The position numbers and the translations under genes are program-made. Source: Candidatus Multivoradales bacterium (GTDB lineage: Bacteria > Acidobacteriota > Thermoanaerobaculia > Multivoradales > JAHEKO01). From it: a stretch of DNA of 64,000 nucleotides. Each line of letters opens with the position of its first letter. Position 1 is the stretch's first letter. The notes beneath the pieces were generated by a model. The model saw only the letters and a program-made list of their open reading frames with translations. It was not told the DNA's origin and did not search any database. The stretch covers positions 384,001-448,000 of the forward strand of contig CBDCXM010000008.1 in NCBI GenBank assembly GCA_965223855.1. Direction: 5' to 3'. This document shows, in pieces, positions 21,327 through 31,566 of the stretch.

Positions 21327-23449
21327 CGAGCTTCCCGGACTTCCGCCGTCTCGACTACGACGACGTCGCGACCACCCTGCCCACGCAATGCGACCGCACC
21401 GCCTCCCCGACGCCGGAGGGCATCGACCGCTGGTCGCACTACCAGCCGGGAGACCTCGCCGCCGTCGATCACCTCGGCTCGATGCCGGGCGAGGCGCCGT
21501 TCGTCCGCGGCCCGTACTCGACGATGTACGTCCGCCGCCCGTGGACGGTGCGCCAGTACGCCGGCTTCTCCACCGCCGAGGCGTCGAACGCCTTCTACCG
21601 CCGCAACCTCGCCGCCGGCCAGAAGGGGCTGTCGATCGCCTTCGACCTGGCGACTCACCGCGGCTACGACTCCGACCATCCGCGGGTGCGCGGCGACGTC
21701 GGCATGGCCGGCGTGGCGATCGACTCGATCCTCGACATGCGGATCCTCTTCGACCAGATCCCGCTCGACCGGATGAGCGTCTCGATGACGATGAACGGCG
21801 CGGTGCTGCCGATCCTCGCCCTCTACGTCGTCGCCGCCGAGGAGCAGGGGGTCTCCCCCGACCAGCTCGCGGGCACGATCCAGAACGACGTGCTCAAGGA
21901 GTTCATGGTCCGCAACACCTACATCTACCCGCCGGCGCCGTCGATGCGGATCGTCTCCGACATCTTCGCCTTCACCTCGCGGGAGATGCCGCGCTTCAAC
22001 TCGATCTCGGTCTCCGGCTACCACATGCAGGAGGCGGGAGCGACGCCCGACCTCGAACTCGGCTACACGCTCGCCGACGGCATCGAGTACGTGCGCGCCG
22101 GGGTCGCCGCCGGGCTCGACGTCGACGCCTTCGCGCCGCGGATCTCGTTCTTCTTCTGCATCGGCATGAACTTCTTCGTCGAGATCGCCAAGCTGCGCGC
22201 CGCCCGGCTGCTGTGGGCCGAGCTGATGCGGGAGTTCGAGCCTGAGAACCCCAAGAGCTCGATGCTCCGCACCCACTGCCAGACCTCCGGCTGGTCGCTC
22301 ACCGCCCAGGACGTCCACAACAACGTCGTCCGCACAGCTATCGAGGCGATGGCGGCGACTCAGGGGGGCACTCAGTCGCTCCACACCAACGCCTTCGACG
22401 AGGCTCTCGCGTTGCCGACCGACTTCTCGGCCCGCATCGCCCGCAACACCCAGATCCAGCTGCAGCAGGAGTCGGGCACCTGCCGGGTAGTCGATCCGTG
22501 GGGCGGCAGCTACTACGTCGAACGGCTGACCCACGATCTCGCCGAGCGCGCCCGCGCCCACATCGCCGAGATCGAGGAGCTGGGCGGCATGGTGAAGGCG
22601 ATCGAGCAGGGGCTGCCGAAGCTCAGAATCGAGGAGTCGGCCACCCGCGCCCAGGCGCGCATCGACTCCGGCCGCCAGACGATCGTCGGCGTCAACCGCT
22701 ACCGCCCCCAGTCGGAGGACGAGGTCGACGTGCTGGTGGTCGACAACGACGAGGTGCGCCGCGCCCAGATCGCACGCCTCGAGCGGCTGCGCGCCGAGCG
22801 CGACGACGCCCCGGTGCAGGCGGCTCTCGACGCCCTGACGGCAGCCGCCGAAGCGGGCGACGGCAACCTGCTCGAACTGGCGATCGGCGCCGCCCGTGCG
22901 CAGGCGACCGTCGGCGAGATCTCGGCCGCGCTCGAGAAGCCGTGGGGGCGGCACCAGGCGGTCGTGCGCTCGATCTCCGGCGTATACAGTGGCGCCATGG
23001 GCGAGTCCGACGACCAGGTGCTCGCGGCGCGCAGGAGGGTCGAGGCGTTCCACGACGCCCACGGCCGCCGGCCGCGCATCCTGATCGCCAAGATGGGCCA
23101 GGACGGCCACGACCGCGGCCAGAAGGTGATCGCCACCGCCTTTGCCGACCTCGGCTTCGACGTCGACATCGGCTCGCTCTTCCAGACCCCCGAGGAGACC
23201 GCCCGCCAGGCGGTCGAGAACGACGTCCACATCGTCGGCGTCAGCTCGCTGGCCGCCGGTCATCTGACGCTGGTGCCCGAGCTGCGCGAAGAGCTCGACC
23301 GGCAGGGTCGCGACGACATCCAGGTGGTCGTCGGCGGGGTCATCCCGCCCAAGGACTACGAGGCGCTGCGCGAAGCAGGAGCGGCGGCGATCTTCGGCCC
23401 CGGGACCGTGCTCGCCGAGGCGGCGCTCGAGCTGCTCGAAGGGCTCTGA
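21323..23449 (+). CDS. scpA: Methylmalonyl-CoA mutase large (alpha) subunit
   Basis: [14 protein letters not shown] (Tyr), [38 protein letters not shown] 21323 overlaps the mutA stop. Confidence 0.97.
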   Translation: MTSFPDFRRLDYDDVATTLPTQCDRTASPTPEGIDRWSHYQPGDLAAVDHLGSMPGEAPFVRGPYSTMYVRRPWTVRQYAGFSTAEASNAFYRRNLAAGQKGLSIAFDLATHRGYDSDHPRVRGDVGMAGVAIDSILDMRILFDQIPLDRMSVSMTMNGAVLPILALYVVAAEEQGVSPDQLAGTIQNDVLKEFMVRNTYIYPPAPSMRIVSDIFAFTSREMPRFNSISVSGYHMQEAGATPDLELGYTLADGIEYVRAGVAAGLDVDAFAPRISFFFCIGMNFFVEIAKLRAARLLWAELMREFEPENPKSSMLRTHCQTSGWSLTAQDVHNNVVRTAIEAMAATQGGTQSLHTNAFDEALALPTDFSARIARNTQIQLQQESGTCRVVDPWGGSYYVERLTHDLAERARAHIAEIEELGGMVKAIEQGLPKLRIEESATRAQARIDSGRQTIVGVNRYRPQSEDEVDVLVVDNDEVRRAQIARLERLRAERDDAPVQAALDALTAAAEAGDGNLLELAIGAARAQATVGEISAALEKPWGRHQAVVRSISGVYSGAMGESDDQVLAARRRVEAFHDAHGRRPRILIAKMGQDGHDRGQKVIATAFADLGFDVDIGSLFQTPEETARQAVENDVHIVGVSSLAAGHLTLVPELREELDRQGRDDIQVVVGGVIPPKDYEALREAGAAAIFGPGTVLAEAALELLEGL

Positions 23450-23450
23450 G

Positions 23451-24455
23451 GTGTCCGCTTCCGGGGAGCGCGCAGCCGGCCGGCCGATCGATCTGCCAGC
23501 CCTCGCGCAGGCGATCGCGGCCGGCGACCGCACCGCTCTGGCGCGCGGCATCACGCTCGTCGAGTCGAGCCGCGAAGCCGATCAGGAGCGCGCCTGGGAG
23601 CTGCTGCAATCGCTGCAGCGGGCGCGAGCCGGCACCGAGACGACCCATCGCATCGGCATCTCCGGCCCCCCGGGGGTCGGCAAGTCGACCCTCATCGACG
23701 CGCTCGGCCTCGAACTGATCGAACGCGGCCACCGCATAGCCGTGCTGGCGATCGACCCGTCGAGCAGCCGCTCGGGCGGCAGCATCCTCGGCGACAAGAG
23801 CCGCATGGACCGGCTCGCCCAGGCCGAGGCGGCCTACATCCGCCCCTCCCCCAGCGACCTGGCGCTCGGCGGCGTTACCCGCCGCACCCGCGAGGCGATG
23901 TTCCTGTGCGAGGCGGCCGGCTTCGACCGCGTGCTCGTCGAGACGGTCGGCGTCGGCCAGTCGGAGACCGAGGTCGCCGGCATGGTCGACACCTTCCTCG
24001 TGCTGGTGCAGCCGGGCTCGGGCGACGAGCTCCAGGGGATCAAGAAGGGGATCGTCGAGCTGGCCGACGTGCTGGCGGTCAACAAGGCCGACGGCGACCA
24101 GGCCGGCGCCGCCCGCGAGACCGAGGCCGAGTACTCGTCGGCGCTGCGTTACCTGAGGCCGGAGGACCCGCACTGGCAGCCGCGCACGCTCAGGGTGAGC
24201 GCCCGCACCGGCGACGGCGTCGCCGAGCTCGTCGCGGCGCTCGCCGACCACCGGAGCGCGGCCCTCGAGTCGGGCGCCTTCGAGCTGCGCCGCCGCAGTG
24301 ACGTCGAACGCTGGATCCGCCACCTCGCCGAAGAGCGGGTGCTCGCCCGCTTCCGCGCCGACTCGGAGGCCAGAGCGCGCCTCCAAGCCGCAGCCGACCG
24401 GGTAAGCGACGGCCTCCAGCAGGCGGGCGACGCGGCACGCGACGTCGCCGGCTGA
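23451..24455 (+). CDS. meaB: Methylmalonyl-CoA mutase-associated GTPase
   Basis: GPPGVGKST, DPSS..SGGSILGDKSRM, VETVGVGQSE, GDELQGIKKG, NKAD. Confidence 0.95.
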   Translation: MSASGERAAGRPIDLPALAQAIAAGDRTALARGITLVESSREADQERAWELLQSLQRARAGTETTHRIGISGPPGVGKSTLIDALGLELIERGHRIAVLAIDPSSSRSGGSILGDKSRMDRLAQAEAAYIRPSPSDLALGGVTRRTREAMFLCEAAGFDRVLVETVGVGQSETEVAGMVDTFLVLVQPGSGDELQGIKKGIVELADVLAVNKADGDQAGAARETEAEYSSALRYLRPEDPHWQPRTLRVSARTGDGVAELVAALADHRSAALESGAFELRRRSDVERWIRHLAEERVLARFRADSEARARLQAAADRVSDGLQQAGDAARDVAG

Positions 24456-24658
24456 GTCGGCTCGACGGGTCGGCTGCTGGTTCGTCGACCTCCCTTGCGA
24501 GACTGGGCCGTGAAGTGGGCGTGCGATCGGGCCCCGGCCCACGGAAGCAGTCCCGTGCACCCATACTGACAAGAGGCGTAGTGTCTATGGTAGCCAGGTG
24601 CTCCAGCACGCTCGGTTCGATGCCTCGTGCCGGAGCTGCCCTCGAAGGAGGACCACCG

Positions 24659-26785
24659 ATGAAGAAGTCAACGTGGCTGTCTTGGACCGCGATCTCCCTG
24701 ACGACCCTCGCCGGCGTACCGCTGGCAGCCAGCGAGGGCACCCCGTGGGACGAGCAGCAGGACTGAGTACTCCCTCCCGGCACGCCAGCACCGACGACGC
24801 CAAGCAGGCTGACGGCAGCCGACCTGAAGATCGTCCATGAAGACGCGCTGATTCCCGTGGCCGGAGGCTACGAACTTCGCGTGAGGGAGTGGGACGAGAG
24901 CAACTTCATGCAGGGTCTCGACTTCTGCGATGCGAACGCTCCCTTCCGCGATCAACCGAGAGTCAAAGGACCGTCTTCTAGGTGCAGCGCGTTCCTGGTA
25001 GGCCCGAGTCTCGCCATCACCGCGGGCCACTGCATCTCACCCGAAAGCGGCTCCCCGAGACAGGTGAGCTACAGCTGCTCGGAACGCTTCGTGGTCGCCG
25101 GCTTCGCAGATCTGTTCAGCACGCCCCTGGACGAATTGATCTTCGTTCCTTCCGCCAACGTGAGGCAGTGCTCCATGGTGCGTATCGACGCCCTCCAGGG
25201 ACCCGCCAGCGACGAACTCTTGGCGCCGTCTGGAACTGTGGTAGACGACTACGCGGTGCTCGAACTGATGACTCCTTTCGACGACATCCTCCCGTTGGTG
25301 CCCGAGACGTTCATCGAGTCTGCCGAGGGCGCCTCGGTCGCCCTCATCGGCCACCCGCAGAGAATCCCAATGAAGATCGAGACCTCAGTGCTCAATGCCG
25401 ATCGAGACTTCCTTGCCCATGTGCTCCACGGGCATTCGGGCAGCGCGGTAGTCAGTCTCGAGACGGGGAAGGTCTTTGGCAACGCGGTGGGAGCAACGCC
25501 CGGTCTTTGGACCGATTTCAACGGGCCGGATGGAATACCCGGAACGAGCGACGACTGCGTGTCGCTGGACTTTGCCGGCCCCGGGGTCACGACGACTTCC
25601 AACCTCGCCCCGGCTCTTGCTCCCTTCATCGACCCCCTCGGGCTGCAACTCACGATGCCGAGCAGTGGCCAGGTCGTGGAGTACTACGGGCCGCCGACCA
25701 ACGGCGCCGACTTCAATCTGTGGAACACCACCCTCAGCGTTCCTGACGACAGCCTACCGGACGGTGTAACCGAGCTTGCCTGGGCCATCGACAACAGCGC
25801 CGGACTGTTCGACATCAGCGAGACTGCAGGAACCCTGCCTGAAGGCTCCTCGGTGAATCTGCTCTTCCAGCCGGCCAACGCCCTGATCGGTGGCCAGGGA
25901 GTCCACGAGGTTGTGCTACCGATCTTCGATTACACCTACGAGACGCGCGAGCCGCTCGTCCACCGCGTCCACGTCGGTGTCGACGGGTTCACGGTATGGC
26001 CGGAAGACAGCTTCGACGGCGAGGGCCTGGGGGTCGAGGACGGGGAGACCATGACCTACACTGCCTCGAACCGCTGGTGGGTGGACCAGGACATGCAAGT
26101 CGAAGCCACCGCTCCGTGGATGGAGTTCCTGGGTCCGGGTGGAGGCAGCCCGGTGCCAGGCGACACGCCCCTTCCGTTCACGCTCACGCCGGCGCATGGC
26201 ATCGTCGCTCCCACGTTTCCACTCGAGGTTTCGATGAACTGAGCCGGAATGGCCCCTGACGTCTACGTCGGACAGGTGACGTTCACGTCACTGGATGCCG
26301 GATCTCCGGCGATCACGACAACGCTCGACACGCGATTCGACTACTGCCGCCAGAAGACCGTCGACGCCACGGCACCCCAGCAGTTCTCACTGGCGCCCTC
26401 GGGAGGAGAAGCTACTCACACGCTGACCGTCGCGCCCGGCCCTGGTCTCACGATCGGGGACGTCGATGTTGTGGTCACGGCAACAGGCCAGCTGCCGGGA
26501 CCGAACCCTTCGAAGCCACCTTTCGGGTTCTTCTTGCGCACGCCGGGAGGAGTCGAGATCGAGCTCAACGACCACAACACGAACTTGCAATCGAGCCAGT
26601 TCCTTTATGACGATGACACCAATCCAGGCTTTGAAGGCCTGTTCAATCTCAACGGCCAAACGTCCGCCGGGACCTGGACCCTAAGTTTCAAGAACGCTGA
26701 CACAGCCGTCGAGACCGTCACGGTCAAGCTCTCCCGCTTCGAAATCCGCATCCACCATCAAGGCGTAACGACCTGCACGCAGTAG
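24659..26785 (+). pseudogene. Secreted trypsin-like serine protease with BACON-like and proprotein-convertase P domains, interrupted by two in-frame TGA codons (pseudogene or readthrough)
   Basis: SD AAGGAGG then ATG 24659 with a signal peptide. TGA at 24764-24766 and 26240-26242, both in the same frame; final TAG at 26783-26785. Catalytic triad TAGHC / DYAVL / GHSGS. P-domain 'IGDVDV...LRTPGG...LNGQTSAGTWTL'. Confidence 0.75.
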
Positions 26786-26794
26786 AGTCTGAGA

Positions 26795-28138
26795 GTGAGA
26801 CCCTCGATTGCACTCGTTCCGTTGTCGTGGGTGCTGGCGAGCCTGTGTATCGTCTCTCTCCTTGCGGCTGGTAAACCCGAACCCCCACCGTGGCTCAACG
26901 AGGGGGTCCTCGTCGGCGTGGACGTCCAGCCGCACTACACCTTCGGGCAAAGCGTCGCCATCGGTGGCGGCGATACCGTGGCGGTGGGGGCTCCCGACAT
27001 GGTCGTCGAGGACGTCATCACTGGCGGTGCCTACATCTTCGCCAAAGAGAACGGCGCCTGGGTCGAGCAGTTCAAGTTCGAACCCGACGATGGCAACGAG
27101 AACGACGAGATCGGCTGGTCGGTGGCCGCTGACGGAGACCTCGCGCTCGTCGGCACTCGCCGCGGACTCGTGGGAAGCCAGACCGGGCAGGGAGCCGTCT
27201 ACGCCTTTGCGCGCAGCGGTGGGGTCTGGCAGCAGACTCAGAAGCTGACCGCCTCCGACGGCGACGAGCAAGACTGGTTCGGCACCGCCATCGCACTCGA
27301 CGGAAACACAGTGCTGGTCGGGGCACCCCGCAAGGACATCGATAAGCAAGAGCAAGGTGCTGTCTACGTTTTTGCGAGAGCCGGGAACTCGTGGGTCGAG
27401 GAGGCAAAGCTCTTCGATCCCAATGGCGACTTCTCCGATGCTTTCGGCCTGCAAGTCGCCCTCGACGGCGACCGAGCGCTGATCGGCGCCGAGGCCGCCA
27501 ACATCAACGGCAACACCAACCAGGGCGCCGCCTACGTCTTCGACCGAGTCGGCACCACGTGGACCCTGACCCAGCGGCTGCTCGCCTCCGAGCCGGTCAC
27601 GCACCTCGACCAGTTCGGCTCCTCGGTCGCGGTCGACGGCGACCGGATCCTCGTCGGCGCCGAACGAGCGCCGATCGGTGGGCTCAACCGCCATGGGGCG
27701 GCGTTCTTCTTCGAGCGCCAGCCGAACGGCACCTGGAAGGAGACGCAGCGGGTGCTCGCCTCGAACGCGCAGGCGGAGGGCAACTTCGGTCGTGCGGCGG
27801 CACTCGAAGGGGATCTGGCGCTGATCGGCGGCAATTCGATGGGTAGTGCTGAGCAGGGGACGGTCTACGTCTTCCGCCACGTCGCCGGGGAGTGGGTCGA
27901 GGAGCAGCAGATCCTCGCGCCGCAGGACCCGAGCGCCTTCGACGGCTTCGGCCAGTACATTGCGCTCGACGGCGAGCGCGCCGTCATTGCCCATCGTGGA
28001 TACCTCGCAACCGGCGGCGTCTGGGTGCTGCGTGACGGGCACGTCTTCGCCGACGGCTTCGAATCCGGCGACACCGCCGGCTGGAGCGAGACAGTGGGGG
28101 CGAGCGGTTCCCGAGTGCCGGGCCGGCGCCGCCCTTGA
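26795..28138 (+). CDS. Secreted FG-GAP repeat beta-propeller protein with C-terminal FADGFESGD motif
   Basis: Repeats of FG.SVA.DGD..LVGA...GAVYVF; 'KLTASDG'; C-terminal VFADGFESGDTAGWS. Confidence 0.88.
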   Translation: MRPSIALVPLSWVLASLCIVSLLAAGKPEPPPWLNEGVLVGVDVQPHYTFGQSVAIGGGDTVAVGAPDMVVEDVITGGAYIFAKENGAWVEQFKFEPDDGNENDEIGWSVAADGDLALVGTRRGLVGSQTGQGAVYAFARSGGVWQQTQKLTASDGDEQDWFGTAIALDGNTVLVGAPRKDIDKQEQGAVYVFARAGNSWVEEAKLFDPNGDFSDAFGLQVALDGDRALIGAEAANINGNTNQGAAYVFDRVGTTWTLTQRLLASEPVTHLDQFGSSVAVDGDRILVGAERAPIGGLNRHGAAFFFERQPNGTWKETQRVLASNAQAEGNFGRAAALEGDLALIGGNSMGSAEQGTVYVFRHVAGEWVEEQQILAPQDPSAFDGFGQYIALDGERAVIAHRGYLATGGVWVLRDGHVFADGFESGDTAGWSETVGASGSRVPGRRRP

Positions 28139-28170
28139 GAGCTTTGAGACCTGGCTAGAGCCGGGCTGCT

Positions 28171-28929
28171 CTACTCCACCGCCTCGACGCTGAGCGTCGA
28201 GATGTGGAGATTGAGGTGGTGGTTGACCCGGAAGCCGACGAGGCCGTCGGTCAGGGTCTCGGCACGGGCCCGACGCGCCACCTCGGTGCCGTTGACGGAG
28301 AACACCACCTCCGGCCCGCGCGCCTCGATCGCCAGCACGTTGGTCGCCGTCCCCTCGGTCTCGGGGCCGAAGGTGACGATCGCCTCCGAGGCGGTCCAGT
28401 CCTGGAGCACTTCGGTCGCCTCACCCGAGCGCCGCTTGAGCAGGAACTCGCCCGAGTTGCGGAGCACGAAGTAGTCGTAGTTCGGCTCGTCGCCGTCGAG
28501 GCCCGAGCCGCCGAAGAAGAGGCCGAACGCCTCGGTGCGCTCGCCGGGATCGAAGAGATGGATCTGCGACTCGATCCGGAAGTCCCCCGCCGCCCGGCTG
28601 CCGGGGTGGTGGAAGATCGCCCGCGGCCCGGTAGTGATGTGCCAGCCGGGGACCATGGCGACGAAGAAGATGTCGGCGGCATCGGCATCGGCGCCCACGA
28701 CCACTGCGTCGTCGGGCCGATCGAGGCGGACGGTCCAGTCGGGTGGCACCTGGAGGTTCTCGCCGACCGGCTGGTCGGGATCGGGGGCGGCAATCTCCTG
28801 CGCGGCGACCCCGGCTGCAAGGGCGGTCAGGACGACCCCCGCGAGGGCCAGAACGGACACGAGGAGCCGGCGGGCTCGAACGTCGGAACGGGTGCCGGAT
28901 AGGGCGTCGGGTCGGGCGGTTGTGGACAT
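28171..28929 (-). CDS. Secreted hypothetical protein (beta-sandwich / lectin-like)
   Basis: SD GGAGG, signal peptide, 'MVPGWHITTGP', 'EAFGLFFGG', 'GLVGFRVNHHLN'. Confidence 0.65.
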   Translation of the reverse strand: MSTTARPDALSGTRSDVRARRLLVSVLALAGVVLTALAAGVAAQEIAAPDPDQPVGENLQVPPDWTVRLDRPDDAVVVGADADAADIFFVAMVPGWHITTGPRAIFHHPGSRAAGDFRIESQIHLFDPGERTEAFGLFFGGSGLDGDEPNYDYFVLRNSGEFLLKRRSGEATEVLQDWTASEAIVTFGPETEGTATNVLAIEARGPEVVFSVNGTEVARRARAETLTDGLVGFRVNHHLNLHISTLSVEAVE

Positions 28930-29217
28930 GGAGGCCTCCTTGCAGCGGCGGCCTCGGATCGGCCGCCTTCTCGGGCTGGGCGCCGACAGGCTAGGTTCGG
29001 CAACGGCGTTCGGTCAAGCCCGGACCGGCTCGGCGCGGCGTGGTGCCTGGGGTCACCCGGTTCGGGGGGCTGCCCGAAGAACGTACCGAGTGAACGGCGT
29101 CATTGAACCCTACGACTCACTCCTTCGTAGAATGGGCGCCGACTCACCCGGCACCGCAAAGACTCCACAACGAAGCCGGCTCAACCGATCCATCCATCCA
29201 CTCAGGAGATTCACCGT

Positions 29218-29835
29218 ATGCATCGTTCCACCCTCCGTGTCCTCGGCGCGCTCGCCGCCTTCGCCGTGCTCGCCTTCGCCGGCCAGAGCGCCACCGCCGC
29301 CTCGTGGACCGTCGACAACGCCCATTCCGAGGTCAACTTCTCGATCAACCACTTCTTCACCCCGGTCACCGGCGGCTTCGGCGAGTTCGAGATCGACCTC
29401 GACTACAACGAGGACGACCCTGCCGCCTCTTCGGTCAGCGCCACCATCCAGGTGGCGAGCGTCGATACAGGCAACGAGCGCCGCGACGGCCATCTGAAGA
29501 CCGGCGACTTCTTCGACGCCGAGACCTACCCGACGATCACCTTCGAGAGCACCTCGGTGCGCGCCGAGGGCGACGGCCTGGTGGCGACCGGCAACCTCAC
29601 CATCCGCGACCAGACGAGTGAGGTCGAGCTACCGATCCAGATCCTCGGCGTTCAGGAGATCCCCGAGGAGATGCGCGAGCGGATGGGCGGCAGCGAGAAG
29701 GTCGCCGGCTTCAAGGCCGACCTCGCGATCGACCGCGGCGACTACGGTGTCGGCAGCGGCAACTTCGCGGCTACGCTGGTCGTCGGCGGCGAAGTGAGGA
29801 TCGAGCTGCTGGTCGAGGCGCACCTGCGTCCCTGA
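29218..29835 (+). CDS. yceI: YceI-family periplasmic lipid/polyisoprenoid-binding protein
   Basis: WTVDNAHSEVNF, SVDTGNERRDGHLKTGDFFD...YPTITF, GNLTIR. Confidence 0.93.
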   Translation: MHRSTLRVLGALAAFAVLAFAGQSATAASWTVDNAHSEVNFSINHFFTPVTGGFGEFEIDLDYNEDDPAASSVSATIQVASVDTGNERRDGHLKTGDFFDAETYPTITFESTSVRAEGDGLVATGNLTIRDQTSEVELPIQILGVQEIPEEMRERMGGSEKVAGFKADLAIDRGDYGVGSGNFAATLVVGGEVRIELLVEAHLRP

Positions 29836-29861
29836 CGCCGGCCCAGTCCGAAAGAACTAGA

Positions 29862-29894
29862 GCGGTCGCACCGGCTTCGGTGCGGCCGTTTCGT
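29862..29894 (+). terminator. Hairpin terminator after yceI
   Basis: GCGGTCGCACCG-GCTT-CGGTGCGGCCGT followed by TTCGT. Confidence 0.6.
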
Positions 29895-29991
29895 GTCTGC
29901 GCCCAGAGCACAGGGCTCTCGAGCCAAAGACGGCTCCTTGCTACCCGGGCACAGTCAGGACTCTTTGGTGAGTTGGTGATAATGTGAGTCC

Positions 29992-30225
29992 ATGGCACGG
30001 CTCACCATCACTCTCCCCGACGACCTCCACCAGGCGCTGAAGCAGGCCTCCGCGAGGCGGCGAAAGACGATCGGCGACCTCGTGTGCGAGAGCCTGACGG
30101 CCTACGGCATCAAGCCGGAGGAGGAGGTCCGGGCGCTGATCGAGGCCGCCCGACGACGGTCCGGGCTTTCCGGGGAGGAAGCGGTGGAGCTGGCGCTGGC
30201 CGAGACGCGGGCTCACCGCGGTTGA
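29992..30225 (+). CDS. Ribbon-helix-helix (CopG-like) antitoxin
   Basis: MARLTITLPDDLHQALK RHH pattern, 77 aa, directly upstream of a PIN gene. Confidence 0.8.
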   Translation: MARLTITLPDDLHQALKQASARRRKTIGDLVCESLTAYGIKPEEEVRALIEAARRRSGLSGEEAVELALAETRAHRG

Positions 30226-30653
30226 GCAGCTCCCGGCCGGCGGTCGTCGATACCAACGTCGTCGTCTCCGGCCTCCTGTCGCCGGAGGGTGGAGCGCCAG
30301 CAACGGTTCTCGACGCTATGGTCTCGGGTGAGCTGAGATTCGCGGTGTCGGTGGAGCTGCTGGCCGAGTACCGCGCGGTGCTGCTGAGGCCCCGAATCCG
30401 GAGCCGTCATCAACTCGGCGCGCCGGCGGTCGACGTACTCCTCGCGGAGCTGGCGCGTAACGCCGTCGTCGTCGATCCCGTTCGCTCCACGCTCGAAGCG
30501 CCGGACACAGGCGACCAGTTCCTTCTCGACCTCGTCGCCACGCTCGAGGGCACCGTGCTCGTCACCGGCGATCTCGCGCTGCTCGAGGCCGGGCTGCCCA
30601 TCCAGGCTTTCTCCCCGAAGGCATTCCTGGAGTCAGCTCGGTGGATCGACTGA
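30222..30653 (+). CDS. PIN-domain toxin (PIN_3 / TIGR00305-like)
   Basis: VVDTNVVVSGLL, LLAEY..VL.RP, D..D.FL, LVTGD..LL. TTG start overlaps the antitoxin stop. Confidence 0.85.
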   Translation: MSSSRPAVVDTNVVVSGLLSPEGGAPATVLDAMVSGELRFAVSVELLAEYRAVLLRPRIRSRHQLGAPAVDVLLAELARNAVVVDPVRSTLEAPDTGDQFLLDLVATLEGTVLVTGDLALLEAGLPIQAFSPKAFLESARWID

Positions 30654-30732
30654 AGCGCCAGATCTTCACCCTCACGAGCAGCGCGGCGTCGTCTACCGGA
30701 CTCACTTGACCACTCTCGACGCCTTCTGTCAC

Positions 30733-30871
30733 CCTCCTCCCGGCGACGGTCCTCGCCCAACCTCTTCGACCCTCCCCCGGCGGGGGTCCCTGCGAGGCAA
30801 AGGGGGGCATACTCCCGGATCGGCAACCTGAGTCCTTCGACCCGGGTCGCACCGCGCCGCCGGGGGCGAGG
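30733..30871 (+). ncRNA. Candidate structured 5' leader RNA (multi-stem)
   Basis: Nested stems found by eye: 30737-30745/30858-30866, 30755-30758/30805-30808, 30761-30764/30794-30797, 30768-30774/30782-30788, 30826-30834/30839-30847. TTGACC at 30706-30711 upstream. Confidence 0.5.
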
Positions 30872-30900
30872 CGGCGACCCTGTGTCTGAAGGAGATTCGG

Positions 30901-31566
30901 ATGCCGAAGAACAAGGACTTGAAGCGCCGTGTGCGCGAGCGCATGGAGAAGACGGGCGAGTCGTACGCCGCCGCCCGCGCGCAGTTGATCGACCGCAAGG
31001 CGAAGCTCGAACAGGAGCGCTACGCCGAGCTGGCGGAGATGAGCGAATCGTCGGTGGTGCGCGCCACCGGCCGGGATTGGAGCTGGTGGGTCGATACCCT
31101 CGACGCCGCCGGCGCGACCGAGCTCGCGCACCGCGAGGTGGCGTTGTGGGTGCACGAGGAGCACGGCGTCTCTCCCTGGTGGAGCCAGCAGGTCGTCGTC
31201 GGCTACGAGCGGATTCGCGGGCTCCGCACCGTCGGGCAGCGGCGCGACGGCGGCTTCGACGCCAACAAGAGCCGCACCTTCCCGGTCGCCGTGGAAGTGC
31301 TCTTCGAAGCCTTCGTCGATGAGGGAACACGGAGCCGCTGGCTGGGCGACCTACCGTGGAGCGAGCGCGCCTCGCAGGAGAACCGGTCGCTGCGCCTCGA
31401 CGTCGAGGAGGGGCGGATCGCCGCTCTCTGGTTCACCGACAAGGGGGCCGGGAAGTCGAGCGTGCAGGTGCAAGAGGGCGGCCATCCGACCAAGGTCTCG
31501 GCCGAGGCCGCGAAGAGCCGGTGGCAGGAGCGCTTCGACGCGCTCGCCCAGCAGTTCGTGACCTGA
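30901..31566 (+). CDS. Hypothetical protein: basic 'KRRVRERMEKTGESY' N-terminus, DUF4287-like middle, SRPBCC-like C-terminus
   Basis: SD GAAGGAGA; 'ATGRDWSWWVDTLD', 'HGVSPWWSQQVVVGYE', 'KSRTFPVAVEVLFEAF...RWL'. Confidence 0.75.
   Translation: MPKNKDLKRRVRERMEKTGESYAAARAQLIDRKAKLEQERYAELAEMSESSVVRATGRDWSWWVDTLDAAGATELAHREVALWVHEEHGVSPWWSQQVVVGYERIRGLRTVGQRRDGGFDANKSRTFPVAVEVLFEAFVDEGTRSRWLGDLPWSERASQENRSLRLDVEEGRIAALWFTDKGAGKSSVQVQEGGHPTKVSAEAAKSRWQERFDALAQQFVT

Noticed and set aside
19010-23449. 1479-aa ORF as a giant mutase fusion
   Set aside because: The N-terminal half is an Arg/Pro-rich off-frame shadow of mutA; the real gene starts at 21323.
24764-26242. Confident selenoprotein or genome-wide UGA recoding call
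   Set aside because: The TGAs are not in redox or Cys-type motifs, there is no clear SECIS after the first, and TGA is the normal stop for many genes here. Kept only as an open alternative.
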